Positions 30,988 through 39,691 of a stretch of DNA of 64,000 nt are shown in pieces. A program made the translations under genes and the position numbers. Position 1 is the stretch's first letter. Each line of letters opens with the position of its first letter. Source of the DNA: Ignavibacteria bacterium. Its GTDB lineage: Bacteria; Bacteroidota; Ignavibacteria; Ignavibacteriales; SURF-24. The notes below the pieces were generated by a model, which was given only the letters and a program-made list of their open reading frames with translations, ran no database searches and had not been told where the DNA came from. The stretch spans positions 75,228 to 139,227 of the forward strand of contig JAAXKQ010000010.1 in the NCBI GenBank assembly GCA_025612245.1. The letters run 5' to 3'.

Positions 30988-31649
30988 AAAAGATACTGGT
31001 AATTGACGATCATCCGGACAGTGTATTCTTACTGCAGGACCGACTGCAAAGGGAAGGTTTTGAGGTAATTACAGCCTATGACGGGCAGAGCGGGCTGGAG
31101 AAAGCGATAAACGAGCAGCCCGATCTTGTGTTGCTGGATGTAATGATGCCGGGTTTGAATGGCATGGACGTATGCCGAACGCTGGTAAATACCCCGGTAA
31201 CGAAGGACATTCCGGTAATACTTGTTACTGCAAAGACAGAAGCCGAAGGGACGAAAGAGGGCCTGCAGGCGGGAGCATTCGATTACATAAGGAAGCCGGT
31301 TAATAAAATTGAGTTACTGGCAAGAATTCACTCGGCCTTAAAGCTGAGGGATACGCAGAAGCTCCTGCTGGAGCTGGAGAAAATCAATACATTTACGGCG
31401 ACTGTAGTAACAGCCAATCACGAGATCAAGCAGCCATTGACGCTGATCAATCTTTCGGCGGCGGCAATAAAAAGGGAAGTGAGCAAGAAGGAAATTTCGC
31501 CCGAGGCAATATTGAAGAAGGTTGAGTTTATTGAAGGCGCAATAAGGGAGATTAATAATGTTCTGGAGAAATTTAAGTCGATAAAGAGCCCGAATTTTTC
31601 GCCGTATGTAAATAATATAAAGATGGTGGATCTGGAAGGGAAGGGGTGA
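30984..31649 (+). CDS. Receiver + HisKA-like protein lacking HATPase domain
   Basis: LLDVMMPGLNG receiver; ANHEIKQPL H-box; ends without N/G boxes. Confidence 0.8.
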   Translation: MKKILVIDDHPDSVFLLQDRLQREGFEVITAYDGQSGLEKAINEQPDLVLLDVMMPGLNGMDVCRTLVNTPVTKDIPVILVTAKTEAEGTKEGLQAGAFDYIRKPVNKIELLARIHSALKLRDTQKLLLELEKINTFTATVVTANHEIKQPLTLINLSAAAIKREVSKKEISPEAILKKVEFIEGAIREINNVLEKFKSIKSPNFSPYVNNIKMVDLEGKG

Positions 31650-31950
31650 GTTTTAAGTCTTAAGTTTTGAGTTTTAAGTTTTGAGTTGGGAAAGAGGTTC
31701 AAAGTTCAAGGTTCGAGGTTCGGGGGAAAGAAGGTTCAAAGTTCGAGGTTCGAGGGGAAGAAAGGTTCAAAGTTCGAGGTTCGAGGTTCAAAGTTCAAGG
31801 TTCGAGGTTCAAGGTTAAGGAAATGGAAAAGTTTGAGGAGGAAGAATTAGGAAGGGTGGGGGATTGGAATTGGGCTTGGATTTAGCACCGGGGGCGGGGT
31901 GCATTTTCTACAAACATGCAAACATTAGTGGTTTTGTGCACGTGTACAAT
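31648..31950 (+). repeat. Composite intergenic repeat mosaic, copy C
   Basis: GTTTT(A/G)A then (G/A)GTTC(A/G)A heptamer runs. GAGGAAGAATTAGGAAGGG...AGCACCGGGGG and GCATTTTCTACAAA.ATGC match 2680-2830. Confidence 0.85.
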
Positions 31951-31995
31951 GAATATTGGGCTTCTGCATTTTCCCTTGACCTGAAGGTCGTATAG

Positions 31996-33645
31996 CTAGA
32001 TGAGTTTTTTGACTTCGGACAGCATACGGTCGAATTCGTAGGGTTTGGCAAGGACGGAATCGATTTTGAGTTTTCCAAAATCCTCGTCGGTTTTTGTGGA
32101 TGTACTTCCCGTGGAAAGAATAACGGGGACGTTGATGCCGAGCTCCTGGATTTTCTTAATGCAGGAGAGTCCGTCCATTTCAGGCATTTTGTAATCTATT
32201 ATGAGCAGGTCGACTTTAATTTCTTCAGTCAGGACTTTAATTACTTCCTTACCGTTATTAACCCCAATTACCTGGTAGTTATAGGATTCCAACAGTTCGG
32301 CAAGAATATCTCTCAGCATAATTTCGTCATCGGCAAGTAGGATAATTTTTTCGGTTTTAATTGAAGCCGGATCTGAGCTTTCATCGAAAGCGGGGATATA
32401 AACATTAAATTCGGTTCCCCTGCCGGGTTTACTTTTGACGTCTATGTATCCGTTATGGGCCTTAACGATGCCGTAGGTTACGTAGAGCCCGAGTCCCGAG
32501 CCCGTTTCCTTTTCCTTAGTAGAGAAGTAAGGGTCGAAGATCCTGTTGAGGTTTTCCTCGCTAATGCCTTCGCCGGTATCCTTAACGCTAAAGCAGACAT
32601 AATCGCCTTCTTTAAGCAGTGGAAAGTCGAGTGAGCCTTTTCCGAGTATTTTTACATTTCTAGCTTCAATGGAGACCCTGCCGTTGCCGTGAATAGCTTC
32701 GCGGGCATTAACGCACAAGTTAAGGAGCACCTGGTAGATTTCGGTGGCATTACCCAGGAAGTCGTTCAATCCCGGTTCCGTAAAGTCCTCAATTTCAATA
32801 GATTCCGGGAAGGTCTGGCCGATTACGAGCATGAGTTCCTTCATGAGGTGAGCCGGCCGGATGAGGGTTTTTCTTTTAGGGGTAGGTTTGCCGTAGGAAA
32901 GGAGCCCCTTTGTAAGGTCGGCAGCGCGTGCAGAGCAGTTCTCGATATTTTCTAGGAGGTAGAAGACGTCGTCCCTATCGGAGAGTTTTCTTTTAAGCAA
33001 GTTAATGCTGCCGAAGATGCTTGAAAGGAGGTTATTAAAGTCGTGTGCCATACCGCTGGCCAGTTTGCCGATTGTTTCGAGTTTTTGTGACTGCAGCAGT
33101 TTATTTTCGAGTGTAGCGTTAAGTTTTCGTGTAAGGAGGTTTGTGACAGAAAAAGCCAAGACCGAGGCAAACTGTTCAATGTTATGCAAATCGTTCCGCG
33201 TGTAAGAATTTTCTTCCTGCTTGCCGAGGATAGAAAGCGAGAGGACGGAATCGTTCATGAATGAAGGTGCAATTACAAGGCTGTTAACCTGGAACAAGTT
33301 AATGAGCGGTTGTGCAATATTATTTTCATTGCTAAGTGTTACCGAAAGCGGGCGTTTATTGACCTTAAACCATTCCAGCAAAAAGCTCAGGTTTGATTTA
33401 ATTTCATTGAGTATGGCATTTTTTTCGGGGAGAAGGTATTTGCGGCCGCACAGTATAAAATCGGATTGCGAGCTGACCTCTTCATCGACAAAGAGGAGGG
33501 CGCCGAAGCAGCTACCGGTAATATTGACGCATCTGGCAAGGATCTCTTCAGCCAGGGTGCCCGGAGAGTTTTCCCTCAGGAGCAAAGTAAGGATACTTTC
33601 CCAATCTTTTCTGAAGGTCATATCGTCTCTAATTTCGGGGTTCAT
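31996..33645 (-). CDS. Hybrid sensor histidine kinase (GAF-HisKA-HATPase-REC)
   Basis: QKLETIGKLASGMAHDFNNLL, NLCVNA, DTGEGI, GSGLGL, C-terminal receiver. Confidence 0.93.
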   Translation of the reverse strand: MNPEIRDDMTFRKDWESILTLLLRENSPGTLAEEILARCVNITGSCFGALLFVDEEVSSQSDFILCGRKYLLPEKNAILNEIKSNLSFLLEWFKVNKRPLSVTLSNENNIAQPLINLFQVNSLVIAPSFMNDSVLSLSILGKQEENSYTRNDLHNIEQFASVLAFSVTNLLTRKLNATLENKLLQSQKLETIGKLASGMAHDFNNLLSSIFGSINLLKRKLSDRDDVFYLLENIENCSARAADLTKGLLSYGKPTPKRKTLIRPAHLMKELMLVIGQTFPESIEIEDFTEPGLNDFLGNATEIYQVLLNLCVNAREAIHGNGRVSIEARNVKILGKGSLDFPLLKEGDYVCFSVKDTGEGISEENLNRIFDPYFSTKEKETGSGLGLYVTYGIVKAHNGYIDVKSKPGRGTEFNVYIPAFDESSDPASIKTEKIILLADDEIMLRDILAELLESYNYQVIGVNNGKEVIKVLTEEIKVDLLIIDYKMPEMDGLSCIKKIQELGINVPVILSTGSTSTKTDEDFGKLKIDSVLAKPYEFDRMLSEVKKLI

Positions 33646-33672
33646 CTGCTTTTTTTACACATTATTAAATAA

Positions 33673-35040
33673 TTATTCCTGCTGGCGGAGCTGGTACTTC
33701 AAAATTTTAGAATAAAGAGTTTTCTGGCTGATACCGAGTCCCTTTGCCGTATTTTCCCTATTCCAGTCGAAAAATTCGAGTGCTTTTTTAATATGAATTC
33801 TTTCGACTTCCTCGAGGGGAAGGATATCCTCTGAGTCGGGTTCAAAGAAATTCTGAACCTGGCTGTTGTTCTGGAAAGCCTTAGGGAGGTTCAGGTCGTC
33901 GGGGCGGATAATATTGCCCTCGGCAAAAATGACAGCGCGTTCGATTGTATGCTGGAGTTCTCTGACGTTGCCGGGGAAAGAATATCCAGAAAGTGCCTTT
34001 TTAGCCTCGGGAGAAAGAGATTTCGGGTCCCTGACTGGTGACTTCAACTGAAGGAAGAAGTCGGCCAGGAGCAGAGTATCCTCCTGGCGGTCGCGCAGAG
34101 GAGGTATAGTAATAGTAATAACGTTAAGTCGGAAGAGGAGGTCGCGTCTGAATACTTTTTTTTCGGATTCCTCGATGAGGTTTTTATTAGTAGCGCCGAT
34201 AACCCTGACGTTAGATTTAAGGTTAGCGACGCCGCCGACCCTTCGATATTCGCCGTTTTCGAGGAATCTGAGGAGTTTAGGCTGAAGTGTGAGGCTCATT
34301 TCGCCGATTTCGTCCAGGAAGAGGGTACCGCCGTCAGCAATTTCGACGAGACCGGGTTTAGGGGCCTTAGCGTCTGTAAATGCGCCTTTTTCGTGTCCGA
34401 AGAGTTCGCTTTCGATTAGCTGGTCGGGCAGGGAAGCGCAGTTAACGATAACGAAAGGCTTATCGTTTCTTTCGGAGTTTTGGTGAATAAATTCAGCCAT
34501 AAGTTCCTTGCCTGTACCGGTTTCGCCCTCGATGAGGACGTTAGAATCGGAGCGGGCCGCTCTGAGAGCGAGGCTGATAGTATGCTGAATTTGTTTACTA
34601 TTGCCGATAATTTTAGAAGAAGACTTCTGGCTGACCTTGGAAGAAAGTACAGTATTTTTCAGCACGAGGTCCTTATGTTCCAGGGCGCGGTCAATAGTAA
34701 GGAGGAGGTGGTCGAAGTCGTAAGGTTTAGAAATAAAGTCATAGGCGCCGTTTTTGATGCAATTAATAGCAGTTCTCAGTTCAGTTTCAGCCGAAAGAAT
34801 AATGACCTGGAGGTTAGGGGCGTGTTCCTTAACGAAGTCGAGTACCTCCTCGCCGTGTATCTCCTGCATTTGGAGGTCGAGCAAGAGGAGGTCGTAGTTT
34901 TTATTTTTAATTCTGTCAATAGCGTACTTGCCGTCGAAAACGACCTCAGCGGAGTATCCCTCGTTAAGCAATTCCTCTTTGAGCAGGTAGCACAAAGTTT
35001 CGTCGTCGTCGGTAATGAGTATTTTAGCATTTCTTTTCAT
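33673..35040 (-). CDS. Sigma-54-dependent NtrC-family response regulator
   Basis: REC, GETGTGKE, GAFTDA, LFLDEIGE, PGNVREL, Fis-type HTH; ATG 35040 preferred. Confidence 0.95.
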   Translation of the reverse strand: MKRNAKILITDDDETLCYLLKEELLNEGYSAEVVFDGKYAIDRIKNKNYDLLLLDLQMQEIHGEEVLDFVKEHAPNLQVIILSAETELRTAINCIKNGAYDFISKPYDFDHLLLTIDRALEHKDLVLKNTVLSSKVSQKSSSKIIGNSKQIQHTISLALRAARSDSNVLIEGETGTGKELMAEFIHQNSERNDKPFVIVNCASLPDQLIESELFGHEKGAFTDAKAPKPGLVEIADGGTLFLDEIGEMSLTLQPKLLRFLENGEYRRVGGVANLKSNVRVIGATNKNLIEESEKKVFRRDLLFRLNVITITIPPLRDRQEDTLLLADFFLQLKSPVRDPKSLSPEAKKALSGYSFPGNVRELQHTIERAVIFAEGNIIRPDDLNLPKAFQNNSQVQNFFEPDSEDILPLEEVERIHIKKALEFFDWNRENTAKGLGISQKTLYSKILKYQLRQQE

Positions 35041-35167
35041 AATCGGGCCGTAATCGGAGTTTTGGCAAATATACAAAAAATACAATTAAACATATATTAT
35101 AGTCGAAAGAGAGGGGGAGTAAATTTAGGCAAAAAAGAAGATATTCAATATTTTTTTTGGAAGGCAC

Positions 35168-35198
35168 TTGGCAAATAGTTAAATTATAGGTATATTTG
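35168..35198 (+). promoter_or_regulatory. Putative Bacteroidota-type housekeeping promoter of tRNA-Lys
   Basis: TTG-N20-TATATTTG matches the TTG / TAnnTTTG consensus. Confidence 0.45.
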
Positions 35199-35231
35199 TT
35201 ATCTCAATTCAAGGGCAGAGCCTTTGGAAAT

Positions 35232-35303
35232 GGGCGCGTAGCTCAGGGGTAGAGCATCTGCCTTTTAAGCAGAGGGTCGATGGTTCGAAACCATCCGCGC
35301 TCA
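35232..35303 (+). tRNA. tRNA-Lys (anticodon TTT), CCA not encoded
   Basis: Cloverleaf: GGGCGCG/CGCGCTC acceptor, GCTC/GAGC D-stem, TCTGC-CTTTTAA-GCAGA anticodon arm, GATGG-TTCGAAA-CCATC T-arm. Confidence 0.97.
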
Positions 35304-35309
35304 CAAAAG

Positions 35310-35345
35310 AAAGCCTTAAAAACATTGTGTTTTAGGGCTTTTTTG
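35310..35345 (+). terminator. Terminator after tRNA-Lys
   Basis: AAAGCCTTAAAA..TTTTAGGGCTTT plus T-run. Confidence 0.75.
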
Positions 35346-35413
35346 TTTTTAAACAATTCCGGCATAATCCTGAAGAAGTGCAATTCTGCTTATTTATTAT
35401 AAAAAACTACTAT

Positions 35414-35438
35414 AGCCTGAAGTCTTTGACTTCAGGCT
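35414..35438. terminator. Perfect hairpin downstream of the minus-strand lipoprotein gene
   Basis: AGCCTGAAGTC-TTT-GACTTCAGGCT. Confidence 0.5.
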
Positions 35439-35493
35439 TAAACTCTTTGCGGAGTAACCGAGTGGGATTTTTTGTAGATAACCGAACTTAAAG

Positions 35494-36153
35494 TTACTTC
35501 ATCACTTCATCAAATTTCATTTTACAGCGAACAGCCAGCAATTTGGAGCAGTATCTGCCCTGCTCAGTGAAATCTTTATGTAATGGAAAGGTGACATCCA
35601 ATAAAGACACAAGTCCGCCGCTTCTGATTGTTCCATTCAATTCAACATTGACATTGTCTTTATAGTAGAAAATAATTTCTCCGGTTTTCAGATCGTAGCA
35701 TGTATTTATTACTTTCCCAACAACTACAATTGCAGGTGCAGGCATCTGCTCAATTGAAAACCTGGCGGGGACTATCAGAATATCCATCCCCTGGAAAAAA
35801 GATTTCAGTTTTTCAAAGTTATCTTTGCCGATCTTTTTATCCAGGGTTATTTTTGATTCCAGCTCATCGTCGGAGTATTTGGTATCCAGGACAGTTTTCC
35901 ACAGGCTGGCATTTTCCTTACTTGCATTGAGGCTGGATTTTATATCAAAAGTATTCAAGGTTTTGTTGTACTTTTTAAAAGCAAAATAATAGGCGGAATC
36001 GGGCTCGAAATTAAGTTCATGCTGAATAGGGAGAATGGCAACTTGGATATTACTGGCTGGTGTGCTGCTCTTATAATTTGTATTAACATATGAACTGCTG
36101 CCGCAGCCGTAAACTGACAGCATCAAGAGAAACAAAATGAACATCTTTTTCAT
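35494..36153 (-). CDS. Hypothetical lipoprotein
   Basis: MKK + hydrophobic stretch + VYGC lipobox. Confidence 0.7.
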   Translation of the reverse strand: MKKMFILFLLMLSVYGCGSSSYVNTNYKSSTPASNIQVAILPIQHELNFEPDSAYYFAFKKYNKTLNTFDIKSSLNASKENASLWKTVLDTKYSDDELESKITLDKKIGKDNFEKLKSFFQGMDILIVPARFSIEQMPAPAIVVVGKVINTCYDLKTGEIIFYYKDNVNVELNGTIRSGGLVSLLDVTFPLHKDFTEQGRYCSKLLAVRCKMKFDEVMK

Positions 36154-36229
36154 CGGTTTATTCCATTTGTGTGTTGGTAGAATATAAGTTTAAAATTATA
36201 GATGAATACAAGTTTTTAATCCCAATCAC

Positions 36230-37123
36230 TTAGTGGATTACTTTTATGGCATCATGGAAATATTTTAATTTATAAAGGCATTGAAGTGTGAAGTCCTTAA
36301 TGTATTTTATCTGTTCGTTCTTATTTCTCAGGCAAAGGAAGCTTTCCTGCCACTTTATAGGCATAACTGTTACGATGTCTTTCCCTATGTTACAATGATA
36401 TTCTGAAGGCGGGAATATTTCATTCTTGAAATCAGGTTGTGATGAAAGTCTTCTGGCCATTTCACGATGCATGCCGTGGTATTCATTCAGCCACAACATC
36501 AGTCCAAACGGATTGCCAGATTCAACCTCAACATTATAATTAATTCCTATCCATGGTTGGAAATAATGTTTTTCGTTTATCTTAAACTCAAAATAATAAC
36601 CCGAGCCATCTTCAAGGAAATTTTTAAGTCCTGAGAGTTGCTTAATAGTGTAAGTGTCTTCATTATGAATTTCAAACAATGCAGCTTCAATCATCCAGTT
36701 GAGATATACGAGATTTCTAATTTCAAATGAGTCGACTCGCTGAATATCTTTCATAAAAAATACTCCTTTCAAAAATACTGCAAAACCCTTAATTAAGTCG
36801 TTATTTGTTTCCCTTATATGGTCATAAATTTCTTTCCATGTGATGTTAATCCATGCAGGATCAGGCAAAACTTTAACCTTATTTATTGTAAGAAGGGCAA
36901 TATCAGCTTTTTCTATCCCACTGTAACCGGGATGATGATCTTTGTTACCTACTTTTACTTCCAAAATAAATTTCCGGTCATTTGGGAAATCAAATTTAAG
37001 ATCAGGTCTTCCGCTTACTTCCTTTATATAAAATTCCCTGTCTATATTAAGACAATTATCTGAAGAGAGATACGATAGATCTCTATTCATTAATCCTGAG
37101 TTATTATAGATCCTGGCATCCAA
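36230..37123 (-). CDS. PD-(D/E)XK nuclease-like protein, possibly 5'-truncated
   Basis: RE.....GRPDL......ILEVKV motif. TTG start; the frame continues upstream to an in-frame TGA near 37200. Confidence 0.55.
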   Translation of the reverse strand: MDARIYNNSGLMNRDLSYLSSDNCLNIDREFYIKEVSGRPDLKFDFPNDRKFILEVKVGNKDHHPGYSGIEKADIALLTINKVKVLPDPAWINITWKEIYDHIRETNNDLIKGFAVFLKGVFFMKDIQRVDSFEIRNLVYLNWMIEAALFEIHNEDTYTIKQLSGLKNFLEDGSGYYFEFKINEKHYFQPWIGINYNVEVESGNPFGLMLWLNEYHGMHREMARRLSSQPDFKNEIFPPSEYHCNIGKDIVTVMPIKWQESFLCLRNKNEQIKYIKDFTLQCLYKLKYFHDAIKVIH

Positions 37124-37307
37124 AGTCTCTTTTACGGATTTCCGGATATTTTTAGTGAGAAAGTTCTTTTGGGATTTTTCTATATCAATAAGGGTAAATC
37201 ACATTACGAATGAAAAGAACTCAATTAAAATTTTGACCGTAAAATCTCTTCTCAAATAATCCCATAAAAATATATTTATTATATCTGAAACAATTGAGGA
37301 AATTATA

Positions 37308-37739
37308 ATGGGAAATTACTATTTTGACGGCGATTCTTCAGATTTCGAAGAATATTCAATTCAGCCCTTCGGATGGGCTGAGGCACTTGATGTGGAAGAG
37401 GACGGCTCCACTTTCGAGAGCAGGGACACTTTTGAATCTGACTACTACCTGGAGTACTGCATAACCAAAGCAATCGGCAGGTCTCCATTGGGCAGCAGGT
37501 TTAAGCTTGAAAGGGTTGAAAGCGATTACAGCGAATATGGATCAAGTGTTTATGAAAGACTCCTATACATATACAGTCCTAAAAGGAAGTTACATGCTGA
37601 ATACTTGAAGAAGCTGGAAGAACTATTGAATTCAAAGCGGTGGAACAGCAAATGCCTGAAAACGTTTGAAAGTGAGTATCAGAAGTTTGTTGATTTCAAA
37701 AAGCGGTATCCTGAAGATGACTACGAATTCTCAAATTAA
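37308..37739 (+). CDS. Hypothetical acidic protein
   Basis: GAGG RBS, 143 aa, 22 bp upstream of the PLD gene. Confidence 0.6.
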   Translation: MGNYYFDGDSSDFEEYSIQPFGWAEALDVEEDGSTFESRDTFESDYYLEYCITKAIGRSPLGSRFKLERVESDYSEYGSSVYERLLYIYSPKRKLHAEYLKKLEELLNSKRWNSKCLKTFESEYQKFVDFKKRYPEDDYEFSN

Positions 37740-37761
37740 CTAAAAACTAACCGGAAGATGT

Positions 37762-39024
37762 ATGCAACAAATTACTACATTAAAAAGCAATTTTCTTGAT
37801 ATGATTCTTAAAGAAGCTGCACAGGGCAAAACCTTACGAATTATATCGCCTTTTATCGGATATTCGGTCGTGGACAGAATAGTCACTGCTCTACCGAATG
37901 TAAAGCTTCAGGTTATCACTCGTTACAACCTTCAGGATTTTTACGATAGAGTCTCAGACATTAGGGCATTAAGGCGTCTTTTGGATAATAAGGCGGAAAT
38001 TAAAGGAATCAGGCGGCTTCATACGAAACTCTACTTATTTGATAATGGCAAGGTCATTCTATCCTCAGCAAATTTAACAATGGGCGGAATGTGCAAAAAT
38101 CACGAGTTTGGAGTTCTTATAGATGACGCCGATGCTTTCCAGGAATGTGAATCTTATTTTAATTATCTCTGGGGTAATTCAAACAGTGCACTAACACAGG
38201 AAATGCTGAATAATTGGGAAGATGAAATATTCAAACATAAGAATAGTTCGAAATCTCGAAAACCCTCTCCATTAGGAGATATGGGGGATGAGCTTAAAAT
38301 GGACGGCATAAAAAATGAGAATACCGAAATGCAGAACAGGGTGCAATATTTTGTTAAGTTTTTTGGTGTTTCCACTGACAGAGTAGAACCAGATTTTAGT
38401 GTTTATGATGAAATTTACAGATCGGAGTGCCATTATGCGGTATGTTATCCAAATGGGAAACCTAAAAAGCCAATTAGGCCCCGACAGATTCAAGATGGCG
38501 ATGTAATTTTTATGGCGCGAATGGTTAATCCTAATGACTATGCTGTTTTTGGAGTTGCCAGAGCCTTAAGGCATCAAGAGGGCAGGGATGATGCTTCTCC
38601 AAAAGAAATTAATAGGCTTGACGCAAAATGTTCTTTTAAGAAGCGTTGGGGACGTTATATAAGGATCTATGACCCTATATTTATTAATGGCAAGATGAAG
38701 GATTGCCCCAGTTTTTGTGAAATGATGAAAGAATTAGAGTATAGAAGTTTAGTCCCAACATACATGAACTACTTAAAGGGAGAGGGTGATAATATAAATC
38801 CTACTAAATCAATTATGGAGAAAGCAGGTATTCAGATTACTGAACAAGGTGCAGAATGGTTGTACAAAAGATTTCAGCAAAAACTGGAAAAGTTAGGTTC
38901 AATACCTGATTCTGAGCTAATCAAATTACCGTCAAGTATAAAAATAGATGATAGGATTCCGAAATCAGATAATATTCCTTTCTATCCCCATATAAAACAC
39001 CAAACTTTACGGAGAAGTTATTGA
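37762..39024 (+). CDS. PLD (HKD)-family nuclease with C-terminal EVE/PUA-like domain
   Basis: LHTKLYLFD...SSANLT.GG...NHEFG single HKD motif; C-terminal RQIQDGDVIFM...VFG.A pattern. Confidence 0.75.
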   Translation: MQQITTLKSNFLDMILKEAAQGKTLRIISPFIGYSVVDRIVTALPNVKLQVITRYNLQDFYDRVSDIRALRRLLDNKAEIKGIRRLHTKLYLFDNGKVILSSANLTMGGMCKNHEFGVLIDDADAFQECESYFNYLWGNSNSALTQEMLNNWEDEIFKHKNSSKSRKPSPLGDMGDELKMDGIKNENTEMQNRVQYFVKFFGVSTDRVEPDFSVYDEIYRSECHYAVCYPNGKPKKPIRPRQIQDGDVIFMARMVNPNDYAVFGVARALRHQEGRDDASPKEINRLDAKCSFKKRWGRYIRIYDPIFINGKMKDCPSFCEMMKELEYRSLVPTYMNYLKGEGDNINPTKSIMEKAGIQITEQGAEWLYKRFQQKLEKLGSIPDSELIKLPSSIKIDDRIPKSDNIPFYPHIKHQTLRRSY

Positions 39025-39138
39025 GGGACTTAAAGGGAAGGGATTTGCATAAGCTATACTGGAATAATAACTATCACGATTATTATATCAGTCCCTGTAA
39101 AGCCAAAAATATCAATAGCTTACAGCACTGGCAACTTT

Positions 39139-39241
39139 CCTTTTAAGCAGAGGGGCGATGGTTCGAAACCATCCGCGCTCACGAAAGAAAGCCTTAAAAA
39201 CAGTGTGGTTTTAGGGCTTTTTTGTTTTAAATAATTCCGGC
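39139..39241 (+). repeat. att-like direct repeat: tRNA-Lys 3' half plus its terminator
   Basis: CCTTTTAAGCAGAGGGGCGATGGTTCGAAACCATCCGCGCTCAC (1 mismatch to tRNA); the next ~60 bp also match 35305-35363. Confidence 0.92.
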
Positions 39242-39691
39242 GTTACTTCATAAAAAAATAGTTCTACCAATTTATTACTCAAAGTTACTATTCAACTAGT
39301 TCTGTTTAAAATAGAATGAGCGAACTTTCTTAATAGAAAGATAAAGCAAATAAAGAAATTTATGGTGTTTAAGAACAGAAATATTTTTCAACTATTCAAT
39401 ATTATTTCCCAATGCATACAGGCTTTATTCTGAATGTTGAGAAAGGTTGACACTGCTTTAGAAATGTTATAACTTGCAAAAGGAATAATGATGGGTTGTA
39501 ACGTAATGATGCTCCTTATATCTGGTGATCATCTAAAAACAAAATAAACATAATACCATAAGTTTATACTATACTCATCGACGAGCTATACAATAGCAAT
39601 ATAGATTTGCTGAGCGACTCATTTTAGGTGACACTGGCTTTGAAAACAGATGCTGCATATTCAAATAGTTCACATAAAGGGATATTTAGCA

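Larger units (their letters stand above)
35304..39182. mobile_element. tRNA-Lys-integrated island 1 (no integrase)
   Basis: Bounded by tRNA-Lys and a direct repeat of its 3' half at 39139-39182; AT-rich; nuclease cargo. Confidence 0.7.

Noticed and set aside
661-35178. Numerous antisense or overlapping ORFs of 60-230 aa inside core genes
   Set aside because: Shadow frames of well-supported genes, with no motifs of their own.
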